A stretch of 64,000 nucleotides of DNA from an uncultured Synechococcus sp. GTDB lineage: Bacteria; Cyanobacteriota; Cyanobacteriia; PCC-6307; Cyanobiaceae. The notes below the pieces were generated by a model. The model did not search any database, was not told the origin of the DNA, and worked only from the letters and a program-made list of their open reading frames with translations. The position numbers were made by a program, and so were the translations under genes. Positions 34,883 to 48,833 of this stretch are shown in pieces (the first letter of the stretch is position 1; each line of letters opens with the position of its first letter). The DNA is taken from contig CALGVO010000186.1 of the NCBI GenBank assembly GCA_937930135.1, positions 4,324-68,323 of the forward strand, written 5' to 3'.

Positions 34883-35596
34883 TCAGATCCAGTGGGAGAA
34901 GAGGGTGAGAGCACCGGTGGCGATGAGCACCATGCCGCTGATGGGGGGAACCCAGCGGCTGATCGGCCGCAGGGCGAGCAGACCCGGAACACTGGCGGCG
35001 GCACTGCCAGCCAGGAGCAGGGGCATCACCTGGCCGAAGCCGAAGCTGGTGAGCAACACCACGCCGATCAGGGGGCTGCCGCTGGTCGCGATCCAGCCCA
35101 GCAACACCGCCAGAACGGGGGTGGTGCAGGGCGATGCGGCCAGGCCGAAGGCCAGTCCTGCCGCGATCGGGGCCAGAGGGGCCGGCACGTTCTGAGACCA
35201 GTGCTGGGGATCGGGCCCTGCCGGAAGGGGGAGTCGGACCAGGCCGAGCAGGTTCAGGCCCATCACCAGGGCGAGAACGGCCACCACAGTGGGGAGCGCA
35301 TCGGGCACTTGTCCGTAGATGCGCCCCAGCAGACCGCTCAGGCTCCCCAGAATCACCAGCGCCGACACGATGCCGGAGCAGAAGAGCAGGCTGCGCTGCC
35401 AGGGAGCCTGGCGCCCTTCAAAGCCCGCCAGGTAAGCGAGGGTCACCGGCAGCAGGGAGAGGGAGCAGGGGCCGAGGCTGGTGAGGGCACCGCCGGCGAA
35501 CACCAGGCCTACCGTGACCGGCCCCGGTTGGGTGAGGGCCTGGGACAGCAGCTGCTCACTGCTCTGGGCAAGTCCGGGGAGATCGAGGTTGATGAT
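34883..35596 (-). CDS. ccdA: cytochrome c biogenesis protein CcdA (start uncertain; first canonical start GTG 35503)
   Basis: [13 protein letters not shown] and ASPCTTPVL Cys motifs; frame stays open upstream to 35614. Confidence 0.88.
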   Translation of the reverse strand: MINLDLPGLAQSSEQLLSQALTQPGPVTVGLVFAGGALTSLGPCSLSLLPVTLAYLAGFEGRQAPWQRSLLFCSGIVSALVILGSLSGLLGRIYGQVPDALPTVVAVLALVMGLNLLGLVRLPLPAGPDPQHWSQNVPAPLAPIAAGLAFGLAASPCTTPVLAVLLGWIATSGSPLIGVVLLTSFGFGQVMPLLLAGSAAASVPGLLALRPISRWVPPISGMVLIATGALTLFSHWI

Positions 35597-35619
35597 CGCC
35601 TGAGGAAGGAAAATTCACC

Positions 35620-36870
35620 TTATCGAGCAGCTGGACCGCCCTGGGGCGACAGCTCGCTTGATCGTTTCAATCGACGCGATCCCACCAGACCGGTGGATTC
35701 CAGGGAGCAGCGGATCAGCAGACCAGCGATCAGGAGGCTCGACAGCAGGGAATTACCGCCGTAACTGATCATCGGCAAAGGCAGACCGGTGGTGGGCATC
35801 GAGCCGGAGGCCACGGCAAGGTTCATCACCGACTGCCCCACCAACAGGCTGGTGCAGCCGATCGCCGTGAGCCTGGCCTGATTGCTGCGGCAGCGCAGCG
35901 CCACCCGCAGGCCGAGGAAGCCCACCAGCATGAGAAAGAGGATCAGCATCAAAGAGCCAATGAAGCCGAATTCCTCCGCAAACACGGCAAAGATGAAATC
36001 GGTGCTTTGAATCGGCAGATACTGCAGTTTCTGGGTCGAGAGGCCGAAGCCTTCGCCAAACAGGCCACCCGAGCCGATCGCCAGCAGGCTCTGCACGAGT
36101 TGATAGCCGTCGCCCTGGGGGTCCTGCCATGGGTCCAGGAAGGAGATCACCCGGAGGCGCTGATAGTCATTGATCATGATGCTGGCCCAGCCCAGCAGCC
36201 CTCCCAGAAGCGCTGTGCCGAACAAGGTGCGCAGGCGGAGACCGGCGGAGAAGGCCATCAGCCACAGCAGGAGTCCGGTGAGGGCTGCGGTGCTCAGGTT
36301 CGGTTGCTTGAGGATCAGCAGGATGAGGGCTCCGAAACTGCCGAGCCAGAGCAGTTTCTGATCAGCGGCGCTGCGTTTCCAGTGCGAAAACAAACTGGCG
36401 GCCTGCAGCACCACAAACGGCTTCACCAATTCGGAGGGCTGGATCTGAACGGGGCCGATGACCAACCAGCGGCTGGCGCCATTCACCGTGCTTCCGAACA
36501 CGAGGGTCGCTCCCACCAGCAGGATTCCCAGCCAGAGGGCAGGACCGGCAATCTTCATCCAGCGCCGGAGATCGGTGCTGATCGCGCTGATCAGCAGCAC
36601 CCAGCTGGCACCCATCCAGATCAGCTGGCGTTTCACGTAGTAGGCCCCTTCGCCCATTTCCCGGCTTGCGACCCACCAGCTGGCGGAGGCCAGGATCAGC
36701 AGGCCGGCGATGCTCCAGATGGCGGTGAGGCTGATCAATAGCCTGGCTTCAGCAGGCCAGAGCGACCAATCGAGGGGCAGATGCCGCTGCCAGAAACCAG
36801 CAGACCGCTCGGTTGCCCGTTCGGCTGGCTGGCTTCTACGGGTGAGGACACGGGAACTACGCAACGCCAT
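35620..36870 (-). CDS. ftsW: SEDS peptidoglycan polymerase FtsW
   Basis: NGASRW, IQPSELVK, QPNLS, GYQLVQSLLAIGSGG, TDFIFAVFAEEFG, PMISYGG. Confidence 0.9.
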   Translation of the reverse strand: MALRSSRVLTRRSQPAERATERSAGFWQRHLPLDWSLWPAEARLLISLTAIWSIAGLLILASASWWVASREMGEGAYYVKRQLIWMGASWVLLISAISTDLRRWMKIAGPALWLGILLVGATLVFGSTVNGASRWLVIGPVQIQPSELVKPFVVLQAASLFSHWKRSAADQKLLWLGSFGALILLILKQPNLSTAALTGLLLWLMAFSAGLRLRTLFGTALLGGLLGWASIMINDYQRLRVISFLDPWQDPQGDGYQLVQSLLAIGSGGLFGEGFGLSTQKLQYLPIQSTDFIFAVFAEEFGFIGSLMLILFLMLVGFLGLRVALRCRSNQARLTAIGCTSLLVGQSVMNLAVASGSMPTTGLPLPMISYGGNSLLSSLLIAGLLIRCSLESTGLVGSRRLKRSSELSPQGGPAAR

Positions 36871-36920
36871 CGAGTCATGACCTCCCATTCAGACGCCTGA
36901 GGGCGACTTTGCCAAGCCAC

Positions 36921-36945
36921 AAAAAAGCCCGACTTACGTCGGGCT
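36921..36945 (-). terminator. intrinsic terminator after apcC
   Basis: Minus strand GCCCGAC-GTAA-GTCGGGC followed by T6. Confidence 0.8.
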
Positions 36946-36977
36946 CCAGACATTGGATTTGGTGAACTGATGAACGC

Positions 36978-37178
36978 TCAGTTGCCGACGTTCACCTGGG
37001 GACGCCCACTGCAGAGCTCAACCTTCAGGATGCGTCCACCCTGCTTCATGATGCGCTGCTGTTCAGCGAACCAGCTGTCGTAAGGCACCCACTTCGTGAA
37101 GAAGGTGTTTTGAAGTTCGCGCTGACTCCGGGTCTTTTCAGGACTTGGAATGCAGGCGGTGACTTTGAACAACCGCAT
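36978..37178 (-). CDS. apcC: phycobilisome small core linker Lc
   Basis: MRLFKVTACIPS...RELQNTFFTKWVPYDSWFAEQQRI. Confidence 0.97.
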   Translation of the reverse strand: MRLFKVTACIPSPEKTRSQRELQNTFFTKWVPYDSWFAEQQRIMKQGGRILKVELCSGRPQVNVGN

Positions 37179-37183
37179 GGGAA

Positions 37184-37672
37184 TCAGTTGCCGAGGCCGG
37201 AGCAGATGTAATCGAAGTACACGCCCATTTCACGACCAGCATCGGGGCCGACCAGTGAAGCGGTGACTTCCTTCATGGCTTGAATGGCTTGCACAGTGGC
37301 ACCAATGGGCACACCCAGAGAGTTGTAGGTCTCTTTGAGGCCGTTCAGCACGCGCTCATCCAGGATGGAGGTGTCGCCGGCGAGCATGGCGTAGGTGGAA
37401 TACCGGAGGTAGTAATCCAGGTCGCGGATGCAGGCGGCGTAGCGGCGCGTGGTGTACATGTTGCCACCAGGACGGGTGATGTCCGAGTAGAGCAGAGCCT
37501 TGGCCACCGCATCTTTAATGATGGTGGAGGCGTTGGCACTAATGGTGGCAGCGGCCTTGACGCGCAGTTCGCCACTGGCGAAATAGCTCTCAAGGTTGCT
37601 CATCGACGCAGAGTCGAGATAGAGACCCTGAACGTCAGACTTGTTGATGACGTTGGTGATGGCGTCTTGCAT
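37184..37672 (-). CDS. apcB: allophycocyanin beta
   Basis: [27 protein letters not shown]. Confidence 0.98.
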   Translation of the reverse strand: MQDAITNVINKSDVQGLYLDSASMSNLESYFASGELRVKAAATISANASTIIKDAVAKALLYSDITRPGGNMYTTRRYAACIRDLDYYLRYSTYAMLAGDTSILDERVLNGLKETYNSLGVPIGATVQAIQAMKEVTASLVGPDAGREMGVYFDYICSGLGN

Positions 37673-37714
37673 GGATCCGTGAAGGGGGGCGAGAAGGCGA
37701 GAAGTCGACGAAGG

Positions 37715-38200
37715 TCAGGCGAGAGCGCCCACCACGTAGTCGAAGTAGGTGCCAGCTTCTTCGGCATCAGTGCCGGTGAGAATGCCCATGGCCACCGCCT
37801 TCATTTCGCGGATCGCTTCAGCCATGGCTTCGAGGGGAGTGCCCAGGGCTCGATACATCTCGCGGGCGCCGATCACGCCGATCTCTTCGATCGGGGTGAC
37901 GTCTCCAGCGACCACGCCGTAGGTGACGAGGCGCAGGTAATAGTCCATGTCGCGCAGGCAGGAGGCGGTCATTTCCTCGCCATAGGCATTGCCGCCGGGG
38001 GAGATGACGTCAGGGCGCTTCTGGAAGAGCTGGCCAGCGGCCTGCTTGACGATACGCTCTCTGCTTTCGCTGAGAACCTGGGCGATGCGGAGGCGACGCT
38101 GACCGCCGGCGACGAACGCCTTGATCTGGTCGAGTTCGCCAGGGCTGAGGTAGCGGGCTTCGGCGTCCGCGTTGATGATCGAGTTGGAGACGATGCTCAT
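37715..38200 (-). CDS. apcA: allophycocyanin alpha
   Basis: [40 protein letters not shown]; 161 aa from ATG 38200. Confidence 0.98.
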   Translation of the reverse strand: MSIVSNSIINADAEARYLSPGELDQIKAFVAGGQRRLRIAQVLSESRERIVKQAAGQLFQKRPDVISPGGNAYGEEMTASCLRDMDYYLRLVTYGVVAGDVTPIEEIGVIGAREMYRALGTPLEAMAEAIREMKAVAMGILTGTDAEEAGTYFDYVVGALA

Positions 38201-38468
38201 GCAGTTCTGCCTCGAAACAAGCGGCCGCCCGAAGGAGACCGATATCCGGTGAGTGGTTGACGCGACCAGTGTGCCTGATCGCCCCAGCATTCTGTGGCAG
38301 CGCTGAGAATCTCCCCCGGGGCCGGTAACAGTTCTTCACTCCGCCGTGAATCCTTAAGAGTCATTGCAGCGCAAGGGGTCTGCGGGGGCTCTGCCCATGG
38401 GACGGCAACAGCATTGATCAACACAATCGCCATCAATCTTGCCCTCTATTGATGACAACAAACGCAAG

Positions 38469-38501
38469 AAAAAGCCCCATGCACTCAAGTGTGCATGGGG
38501 C
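38469..38501 (-). terminator. intrinsic terminator after apcE
   Basis: 11-bp stem GCCCCATGCAC/GTGCATGGGGC followed on the minus strand by TTTTTCTT. Confidence 0.75.
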
Positions 38502-38549
38502 GATTTGATCGGCAGATCCGACGCCGGCGCATGTGGCGCTGGCTTTGGA

Positions 38550-41500
38550 TCAGATGGCGCCTTTGAGCGGAGGGTTGAGGCCGGCATTGCCGCCATACAG
38601 CGCTGCGCCACGGTTAAAGCTCGCCATGGTGGTGCCGTCCTGGCTGTTCATGCCCTGGTAGCTCGGAACCTGATCGGCGCCGAAGGCATTGGCGTAAGCC
38701 TCGGAGCTCAGCAAGCGATCGATGGCGGACTGCTGGCCCTGCTTGACGCGCGTGGCCAGGAACACGCTCACTTCGCGGGGCAGCGGTGCCCGACCCAGCA
38801 GCGCCAGATGGGCTGCTGTCGCGGCCCGCAGTGGGGCCATGCGCCAGAGACGCTGCTGGAAAAGCTCACTCGCGGCCACGCGGCCCACAAATTCGGCCAC
38901 GCTGAGGCGGCGTTGACGGAACAGGGATTCCGCATCGCTGAGACGTTCCGACTCCACGGGCATGCGGTTGAGCAGCTGGCGATAGATCGCCTGAATCGCG
39001 GCTTCGATTTCGTTCGCGGTCGCGGCCTCCGCTAGGCGCAGGGGGCGATTGAGCCCCTGACGCCGGCGAAGGCCGGTGGGGCTGGCGCCGGCGAGAGCTT
39101 TGCGCATGGCGGTTTCGGCCGTTTCGGGGAGGCCGAAGCCGAAGCTGCTGCTGGAGCTGCTCCAGCTGGGGACTGCACCTGCCGGCACGCTGGGTTGGGG
39201 CGCGACCGGTGCCACCGTTGAAGAAACGCTGCTCCAGCTGGGAGCTTGCCCACCGCCGGGCTGCCAGCGGGGTGAGCTCCAGCGACGGCGTGGTGTGGGC
39301 TGACTGCGCAGGCTTTCTGGGCCCTGCTGTTGCGCCGGGCGCATCTCCTGCACCTGGCCACCGGTGAGCTTGGCACTCCAGCTGCCGCGAACGACAGGCC
39401 GGTCGGCCAGATTGCGGCGCGTGAGATCGGCGCTGGAACGGAAGCCCTTCGGCTTCAACACATTGGGACGCTGATAGGTGGTGGCGACGCCCGCTGCAAT
39501 CAGGTCAACGGGACGTTTGAGGGCCGGAACCCGACGCGTGCGCAGATCGGTGGGGGTGATGAACCGCTCATAGGGCACGGTGTCTTCACCAAAGCAGTCG
39601 TTGTATTCGCTGCTGTTGATCAGCGCATCCACAACCCCGTAGAAACCCTGTTGCGCTGCCGTGTCAAACAGGGAATCGATCTCCCAGCGCCCGAAGGTGG
39701 GACGGCCGAGCAGGCGGCGATGCATCACCTCAATCGCTTTGGTGAGGTAAAGGCCACTCCAATAGCGACGGCGGAAGGCCTGGGAGCGGGCGACCTGGCG
39801 TACGAATTCACGCAGGCTGATGTCGCCGTTCTCCAGTTTGATCTCCTCCACCTTGTTGCGTTCGCCCTCGTAGCCGGCGCTGCCCAGCACCTGGACGTAA
39901 ACGGCGTTGATCACCGCCTGGGTGCTGGATTCAGTGCCGCGAATGCTCGGTTGTCCAGCTCGCCTGGGGATGGAATTCCCGCCGGTGGCGATCTGCTGGA
40001 GACGCATCACCCTGGGGCCGACGCGGCGAGGCGTGCTGCCACGGAACTGGGGGCTGGCCATCTGACCGGGCTCCCGCATGCCATTACCCACGAGGATCCT
40101 GCGGTTGTCGTAGCCGGCAGGGGCCGGGCGGGTGGCAACCGATGCGGTGGCGGAGGGGAAGATGGCGCCGTACTGAATGCCTAGCGGGTCGTTGCCGCCG
40201 CCGTAGGCATGCTGGTCGCCGAAAGGTTGGCGGTAGGAGGCATAAAGGGTGACGTATTGGGGTGCACCTTCGAAGGGGGCGCTGAAGCGGAAGAGCTTGC
40301 GGTTCGAGCCCCAGCCTGCACTTTCCTGGGCTTCCTCGCCCAGGTCCCTCAGGAAGGGAACGGTTTCCTCGCCGAAGACGCGCGCGTACTCCAGCGTGTT
40401 GATCAGCGCATCCACCAGACCGTTCAGCCCCTGGGCGCTGACGATGTCGAAGTAACGGGTGAATTCCTCGCGGGAGCTGATCCCGCGTCCGAGGAAGTGG
40501 CGGAAGGCGAGTTCCACGGCCCGGCTGTTGGAGAAGCGGGCGTAGAACTGTTGGCGGTACTCCTTGCTGCGGCCGAGGGCACGAATGAATTCGCGCATGG
40601 AGATGTCACCCTGGCGCACCTGGGTGGCCTCCACAGGGCAGGGACTTTGTGAATAGGCCTTGGTGATGTCGCGCTCGAACACCTGGCGATAGGCGGCGCG
40701 AACCACCTCGGCCTTCTGGGCACCGGTCATGGCCGGCTTCATTGTGTAACGCAGAGCTTTGCCCTTGGCGGCGAGGGCATAGATCGCCGGCAGTTGCAGG
40801 CCCTGGTTCTCGGGGCTGCCCAGACGCTGTCGGGCTGAAGGCGTTGGAATCGCCAGTTCTGCGAGCAGCACGTTGAAGCATTGCACGGTGAGGCGTCGCG
40901 CTTCCGGCTGCTGCTTGAGCAGGCTGGCTGCGGCAGCACGCATTTCCTGAAGTGCCACGTTGGTGGCGGCGAGGGAGCAGCCCTTTTCCAGCACGTCGCG
41001 CAGGCCGCGGGTGTTCACGGCAAGGATGCTGGGGTCACCCGCCACAAGGGCATAACCCACGTAGCGCAGGAACCAGCCGAGATCGCGGATGGATTTCCGC
41101 ATTCGATCAGGGCCGTATTTAGCAACGCTGATCGGAGCAAATCCGGTCGGCAGCACCACGCGGACGTCAGCGTCTTCACCACTGCCCTGGAGAAGGCGGC
41201 TGAGGAAGTTGCCGCGTCCGGCGGAGCCGTCAGCCCCGGTGAAGGTGCGCACTGACTGAGCGAATGCCACCTGATCCGATGCCAGCGGTGTGCCGTCGGC
41301 TGCGCTGCTCTCACCCGTGCTCAGGGGTGCGTCGAGGAACGACAGCGGCGTACCGCCGGCAAAAATCCGGTTGGCGGCTCGCGCCACGATCGCTTCGGCG
41401 TTGGCGGCAAGCACCTGGGCGGCAGCCAGACGATCCTGACCGCTACGGAAGAAGGTGACCAGGTTGTCGAGCTCCGCTCCATCGGGAAAGCGGTCCTGTT

Positions 41501-41588
41501 GTTCAGCCTGACGAACGCTGGAGAGCGGCAGGGTGTCGAACAGCTGAGGGGAAACCCTGGGGCTGCCGCTGCTGGCGGTCACGGTCAT
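38550..41588 (-). CDS. apcE: phycobilisome core-membrane linker LCM
   Basis: MTVTASSGS start; phycobilin domain with Cys (LEKGCS); three REP linker domains. Confidence 0.97.
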   Translation of the reverse strand: MTVTASSGSPRVSPQLFDTLPLSSVRQAEQQDRFPDGAELDNLVTFFRSGQDRLAAAQVLAANAEAIVARAANRIFAGGTPLSFLDAPLSTGESSAADGTPLASDQVAFAQSVRTFTGADGSAGRGNFLSRLLQGSGEDADVRVVLPTGFAPISVAKYGPDRMRKSIRDLGWFLRYVGYALVAGDPSILAVNTRGLRDVLEKGCSLAATNVALQEMRAAAASLLKQQPEARRLTVQCFNVLLAELAIPTPSARQRLGSPENQGLQLPAIYALAAKGKALRYTMKPAMTGAQKAEVVRAAYRQVFERDITKAYSQSPCPVEATQVRQGDISMREFIRALGRSKEYRQQFYARFSNSRAVELAFRHFLGRGISSREEFTRYFDIVSAQGLNGLVDALINTLEYARVFGEETVPFLRDLGEEAQESAGWGSNRKLFRFSAPFEGAPQYVTLYASYRQPFGDQHAYGGGNDPLGIQYGAIFPSATASVATRPAPAGYDNRRILVGNGMREPGQMASPQFRGSTPRRVGPRVMRLQQIATGGNSIPRRAGQPSIRGTESSTQAVINAVYVQVLGSAGYEGERNKVEEIKLENGDISLREFVRQVARSQAFRRRYWSGLYLTKAIEVMHRRLLGRPTFGRWEIDSLFDTAAQQGFYGVVDALINSSEYNDCFGEDTVPYERFITPTDLRTRRVPALKRPVDLIAAGVATTYQRPNVLKPKGFRSSADLTRRNLADRPVVRGSWSAKLTGGQVQEMRPAQQQGPESLRSQPTPRRRWSSPRWQPGGGQAPSWSSVSSTVAPVAPQPSVPAGAVPSWSSSSSSFGFGLPETAETAMRKALAGASPTGLRRRQGLNRPLRLAEAATANEIEAAIQAIYRQLLNRMPVESERLSDAESLFRQRRLSVAEFVGRVAASELFQQRLWRMAPLRAATAAHLALLGRAPLPREVSVFLATRVKQGQQSAIDRLLSSEAYANAFGADQVPSYQGMNSQDGTTMASFNRGAALYGGNAGLNPPLKGAI

Positions 41589-41752
41589 GAACGAAAGCAA
41601 GCCGGATCCGGCCAGGTTACGGGTCGCCTTCTGGGCTCCAGGAAGGGCATGAACAAATGTTTGCAGGCCGTGGCTGCGCGCCCGGAATGGCGCCATGGCG
41701 CATGAAAAGCTCGCGACACACCCCAGCGGTGTTGCCGTCCCCTCCCATCCGC

Positions 41753-42976
41753 ATGTCCGACTCCCGCCGCGACGCTGCCACGCCAGTGGTGAGCGCCTTC
41801 TATGACCGCTTCCCCTACCCGGGTGATCCGCTCCAGGATGGTCCCCCTCCCGGTTACAACTGGCGTTGGTGTTGGGCCAGCGTTCAGTCCGCCGTGCGGG
41901 GCCAGTTGCCGTGCCCGTCCGGTGAAGCCCCCCATCCCGTGCGGTTACTCGATGCCGGCTGCGGCACCGGGGTGAGCACGGATTATCTCTGCCATCTCAA
42001 TCCGGGGGCGGACGTGCTGGCGGTGGACATCAGCGCCGGCGCCCTGGAGGTGGCGCGGGAGCGCCTGCGTCGTTCCGGAGGAGGCGAGCGCGTGGTGGCA
42101 CTGCGCCAGGAACAACGCAGCCTGTTGGATCTCGCTGGCGAGGGGCCGTTTGACTACATCAATTCCGTGGGAGTGCTCCACCATCTCCGGGATCCCCTCG
42201 CCGGACTGCGCTCCCTGGCTGACCTGATGGCGGAGGACGGAATTCTGCATCTGTTTCTTTATGCCGATGCGGGGCGTTGGGAAATTCATCGCTGTCAGCG
42301 GGCCCTCGCTCTCCTGGGGGTGGGCACGGGGGAGAGCGGTCTGAGATTGGGCCGAGAACTGTTTCAGGTGCTTCCCGAAGAGCATCGGCTCCGGCGCCAT
42401 CACGAGCAGCGATGGGCGCTTGACACGGCCGCGGATGCCAATTTCGCCGACATGTACCTGCATCCCCAGGAGACCAGTTACAACCTGGCGCGGCTGATGG
42501 CTCTGATCGAAGCGGCCGGGCTTCATTTCGCCGGCTTCTCCAATCCTGCGGTGTGGGACCCATCCCGCCTTCTCACCGGTGAGCTCCTGGAGAGAGCTCT
42601 AGCGCTCTCTCCTCGCGAGCAGTGGGCTCTTGTCGAGGAGCTCGATCCCGACATCAGTCATTTTGAGTTTTTTCTGACGCGGCGCCCGGTGGTGCCAAAT
42701 GAATGGCCGGAGGATCGGCTGTTGCTGGAAGCCTCTGCGGAGCTTCAACCCTGCCTCTGGGGCTGGCCTTCCGGGAGCCTGCTCGGTCCGGACCTCGAGC
42801 CCCTGTCGCTCAGCGACGCTGAGGTCGCCGTGCTGCGTGCTGTGGAGGCTCAGCCCGGGGTGCCCCTGCACTCTCTTGCCGGCCTGGAGGTCAACGCCTC
42901 CGTCGTTCGGGATCTCTGGAGGCGGAGACTGCTGCTCATGCGTGCTCCCCAAGGGGGATCAGCCGAGCACGCGTGA
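41753..42976 (+). CDS. class I SAM-dependent methyltransferase
   Basis: LLDAGCGTG, VDISAGAL, FDYINSVGVLHHL, DMYLHPQE. Confidence 0.85.
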   Translation: MSDSRRDAATPVVSAFYDRFPYPGDPLQDGPPPGYNWRWCWASVQSAVRGQLPCPSGEAPHPVRLLDAGCGTGVSTDYLCHLNPGADVLAVDISAGALEVARERLRRSGGGERVVALRQEQRSLLDLAGEGPFDYINSVGVLHHLRDPLAGLRSLADLMAEDGILHLFLYADAGRWEIHRCQRALALLGVGTGESGLRLGRELFQVLPEEHRLRRHHEQRWALDTAADANFADMYLHPQETSYNLARLMALIEAAGLHFAGFSNPAVWDPSRLLTGELLERALALSPREQWALVEELDPDISHFEFFLTRRPVVPNEWPEDRLLLEASAELQPCLWGWPSGSLLGPDLEPLSLSDAEVAVLRAVEAQPGVPLHSLAGLEVNASVVRDLWRRRLLLMRAPQGGSAEHA

Positions 42977-43005
42977 TAGATTCCGCGCGCTTTCTCAGAA
43001 GCTGT

Positions 43006-43398
43006 TTGCAGGCGTTGTCTTCCACTGATGCGGCTCTGGCCTCCGGCCCAGCCGACAACGGAATGGATGCCTACGCCCGACTGCAACGGCGACTGATGCT
43101 GGCCACTTTGATCGTTTCTCTGGTGGCGGCCCTTGTCGCGGCCATTCGTTTCGATCTTCTTGTGGCCCGCAGCCTGTTGGTGGGAGCAGCCGCTGGTCTT
43201 CTGTACCTGCGTCTGCTCGCCCGCAGCGTGGCCCGGCTCGGCGGAGGATCCCGTCAGGTGGGGCGATTTCAGCTGGTTGTGCCGATGCTTCTGATCGTTG
43301 CTTCGGCCAGGCTTCCCCAGCTCGACTTGCTTCCCGCCTTCCTCGGTTTTCTTCTCTACAAGCCCGCCTTGATCCTTCAGGCCGTCACTGACGCCTGA
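43006..43398 (+). CDS. atpI: ATP synthase protein I (cyanobacterial atp1); start uncertain (42973/43006/43063)
   Basis: Four-TM protein ([19 protein letters not shown]) immediately before subunit a. Confidence 0.8.
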   Translation: MQALSSTDAALASGPADNGMDAYARLQRRLMLATLIVSLVAALVAAIRFDLLVARSLLVGAAAGLLYLRLLARSVARLGGGSRQVGRFQLVVPMLLIVASARLPQLDLLPAFLGFLLYKPALILQAVTDA

Positions 43399-43420
43399 GT
43401 CCGCGCAACCCCCTGACTTC

Positions 43421-44550
<1,130 letters not shown>

Positions 44551-44559
44551 TTCAGGCAG

Positions 44560-44592
44560 CGCGGATCGCCATCCTCCGGGATGCGATCCGCG
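44560..44592 (+). terminator. strong hairpin after subunit c (partial terminator or mRNA stabiliser)
   Basis: CGCGGATCGC-C-ATCC-TCCG-GGAT-GCGATCCGCG with only a weak T tail. Confidence 0.55.
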
Positions 44593-44639
44593 GTTTCGTC
44601 TGAGTTCACTATTTCGCTTCCACCCAGCGCTCCTCTTTC

Positions 44640-45104
44640 ATGACCTGGCTTCTGCTCGCTGAAGCAGGGGTACCGGAGGGAGGTCTTTTTGACCTCGATG
44701 CCACCCTGCCGCTGATGGCGGTTCAGGTGGTGCTCCTCACCTTCCTGCTCAACTCCCTTTTCTTCCGTCCGGTCGGCAAGGTCGTGGAAGATCGTGAGGG
44801 TTACATTTCCACCAGCCGCGCCGAGGCCAAGCAGAAGCTGGCCCAGGTTGAGCGTCTGGAAGCCGACCTCACCGAGCAGCTTCGGAGCGCTCGACAGGCC
44901 GCTCAGGCCGCCATCGTGGAGGCCGAGCAGGAGGTGGACCGCTTGTATCGCGAAGCTCTCGCTGAAGCGGAGGCGGAAGCCAATCGCACGCGCGAGCAGG
45001 CCCGTCGCGAGATCGAGTCACAGCGTGAGCAGGCTTCAGCCCAGTTGATGGCCCAGGTCGATCAACTCAGCTCCCAGATCATTCAACGACTGCTGGCGGC
45101 CTGA
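44640..45104 (+). CDS. atpF2: ATP synthase subunit b' (cyanobacterial atpG)
   Basis: [16 protein letters not shown] helix and coiled coil. Confidence 0.93.
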   Translation: MTWLLLAEAGVPEGGLFDLDATLPLMAVQVVLLTFLLNSLFFRPVGKVVEDREGYISTSRAEAKQKLAQVERLEADLTEQLRSARQAAQAAIVEAEQEVDRLYREALAEAEAEANRTREQARREIESQREQASAQLMAQVDQLSSQIIQRLLAA

Positions 45105-45621
45105 TGATGATGTTCTCTTTACTTTTCGCGTCTGAGGGTTTCGGGATCAACCTGAACCTGTTCGAGACCAACCTGATCAACCTGATCATTGTGATCGGTG
45201 TGCTGGGCTGGTTCCTGAAGGGATTCCTCGGCGGCATTCTTGAACGCCGTCGCCAGGCGATCCTTCACGATCTCGACGATGCCGAGACCCGTCTGAAGAA
45301 AGCAACGGCTGATCTCGCCAAGGCGCAGGCCGACCTCGCTGCGGCTCAGCAGAAAGCTGAAACGATTCTTGCCGACGGCAAGGCCCGTGCTGAGGCGATC
45401 CGTCTGGATGGTGAGAAGCGCACAATTTCAGCTATGGCTGCTCTCAAGCAGGACGCTCTTTCAGAGCTCACCGCCGAGGGTGCCCGATTGAGTGAGCAAC
45501 TTCGCCGTGAAGCCGCCATGGCCGCGATCGACAAGGTCATGGCCGAATTGCCTGGTCGCCTTGATGCCAACGGTCAATCCCGTCTCATCGATGCCTCCAT
45601 CGCCAATCTGGAGGACGCCTG

Positions 45622-45622
<1 letters not shown>
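45104..45622 (+). CDS. atpF: ATP synthase subunit b
   Basis: GFGINLNLFETNLINL, TM helix and coiled coil. Confidence 0.95.
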
Positions 45623-47747
<2,125 letters not shown>

Positions 47748-47758
47748 GGGCCTGAGCC

Positions 47759-48709
47759 ATGGCAAATCTGAAGGAGATCCGAGACCGGATCAAATCGGTC
47801 AAAAACACTCGCAAGATCACTGAGGCCATGCGCCTGGTGGCTGCGGCCAAAGTGCGTCGGGCCCAGGAACAGGTGTTGCGTAGCCGTCCCTTCGCGGATC
47901 GGCTGGCTCGCCTCCTGGAAAACCTCCAGTCGCGCATGCGTTTTGAAGACGCCGACGCTCCCCTCCTGGAGCAGCGCAACGTCGACTCCATCACCCTGGT
48001 GGCCGTCACAGGTGATCGTGGCTTGTGTGGCGGCTACAACGCCAACATCATCAAGCGCACGGAGCAACGCTTCGCAGAGCTGAAGGGTCAGGGTTACAAA
48101 GTTGATCTGGTGCTGATCGGTCGTAAGGCGATCAGCTATTTCACCAATCGGCAGTACCCCATTCAGGCCACTTTCACCGGTCTGGAGCAGGTGCCCACGG
48201 CCGATGAAGCCGGTGCGATCGCCAACGAAGTGTTCGCAGAGTTTCTCTCTGATACCACCGATCGTGTGGAGATCATTTACACCAAATTCATCAATCTGGT
48301 GAGCTGCAAGCCTGTCGTGCAGACCCTGCTTCCCCTCGACCCCCAGGGGATTGCTGAGGCTGACGACGAAATCTTCCGTCTCACCACCAAGGAAGGTCGC
48401 CTCACGGTGGAAACGGGTTCGGGCCCATCCAATACCCAGCCGAGCCTTCCCTCCGACATCGTCTTTGAGCAGAGCCCGGAGCAGTTGCTGAACGCTCTGC
48501 TGCCGCTCTACCTGCAGAATCAGCTGCTGCGTTCCCTGCAGGAAGCTGCTGCCTCCGAGCTCGCCAGCCGGATGACGGCGATGAACAATGCGAGTGATAA
48601 CGCCAAGGCTCTCGCCAAGACCCTGACTCTTGATTACAACAAGGCCCGTCAGGCGGCGATCACCCAGGAGATCCTTGAGGTGGTGGGCGGTGCCGCTGCG
48701 ATGGCCTGA
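47759..48709 (+). CDS. atpG: ATP synthase subunit gamma (cyanobacterial atpC)
   Basis: [35 protein letters not shown]. Confidence 0.98.
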   Translation: MANLKEIRDRIKSVKNTRKITEAMRLVAAAKVRRAQEQVLRSRPFADRLARLLENLQSRMRFEDADAPLLEQRNVDSITLVAVTGDRGLCGGYNANIIKRTEQRFAELKGQGYKVDLVLIGRKAISYFTNRQYPIQATFTGLEQVPTADEAGAIANEVFAEFLSDTTDRVEIIYTKFINLVSCKPVVQTLLPLDPQGIAEADDEIFRLTTKEGRLTVETGSGPSNTQPSLPSDIVFEQSPEQLLNALLPLYLQNQLLRSLQEAAASELASRMTAMNNASDNAKALAKTLTLDYNKARQAAITQEILEVVGGAAAMA

Positions 48710-48742
48710 GCCAGGGTTGCACTGACAGTTCTTCTCCAAGAT

Positions 48743-48766
48743 GCCGACCTTCGGGTCGGCTTTTTT
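48743..48766 (+). terminator. intrinsic terminator of the large atp operon
   Basis: GCCGACC-TTCG-GGTCGGC-TTTTTT. Confidence 0.88.
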
Positions 48767-48833
48767 ATTGCTGTGGAGTGGTGGCACTCGTGTGTGAGGC
48801 CGGTGGATGATGGGGTTCTGCCGGTGGAGTTGC

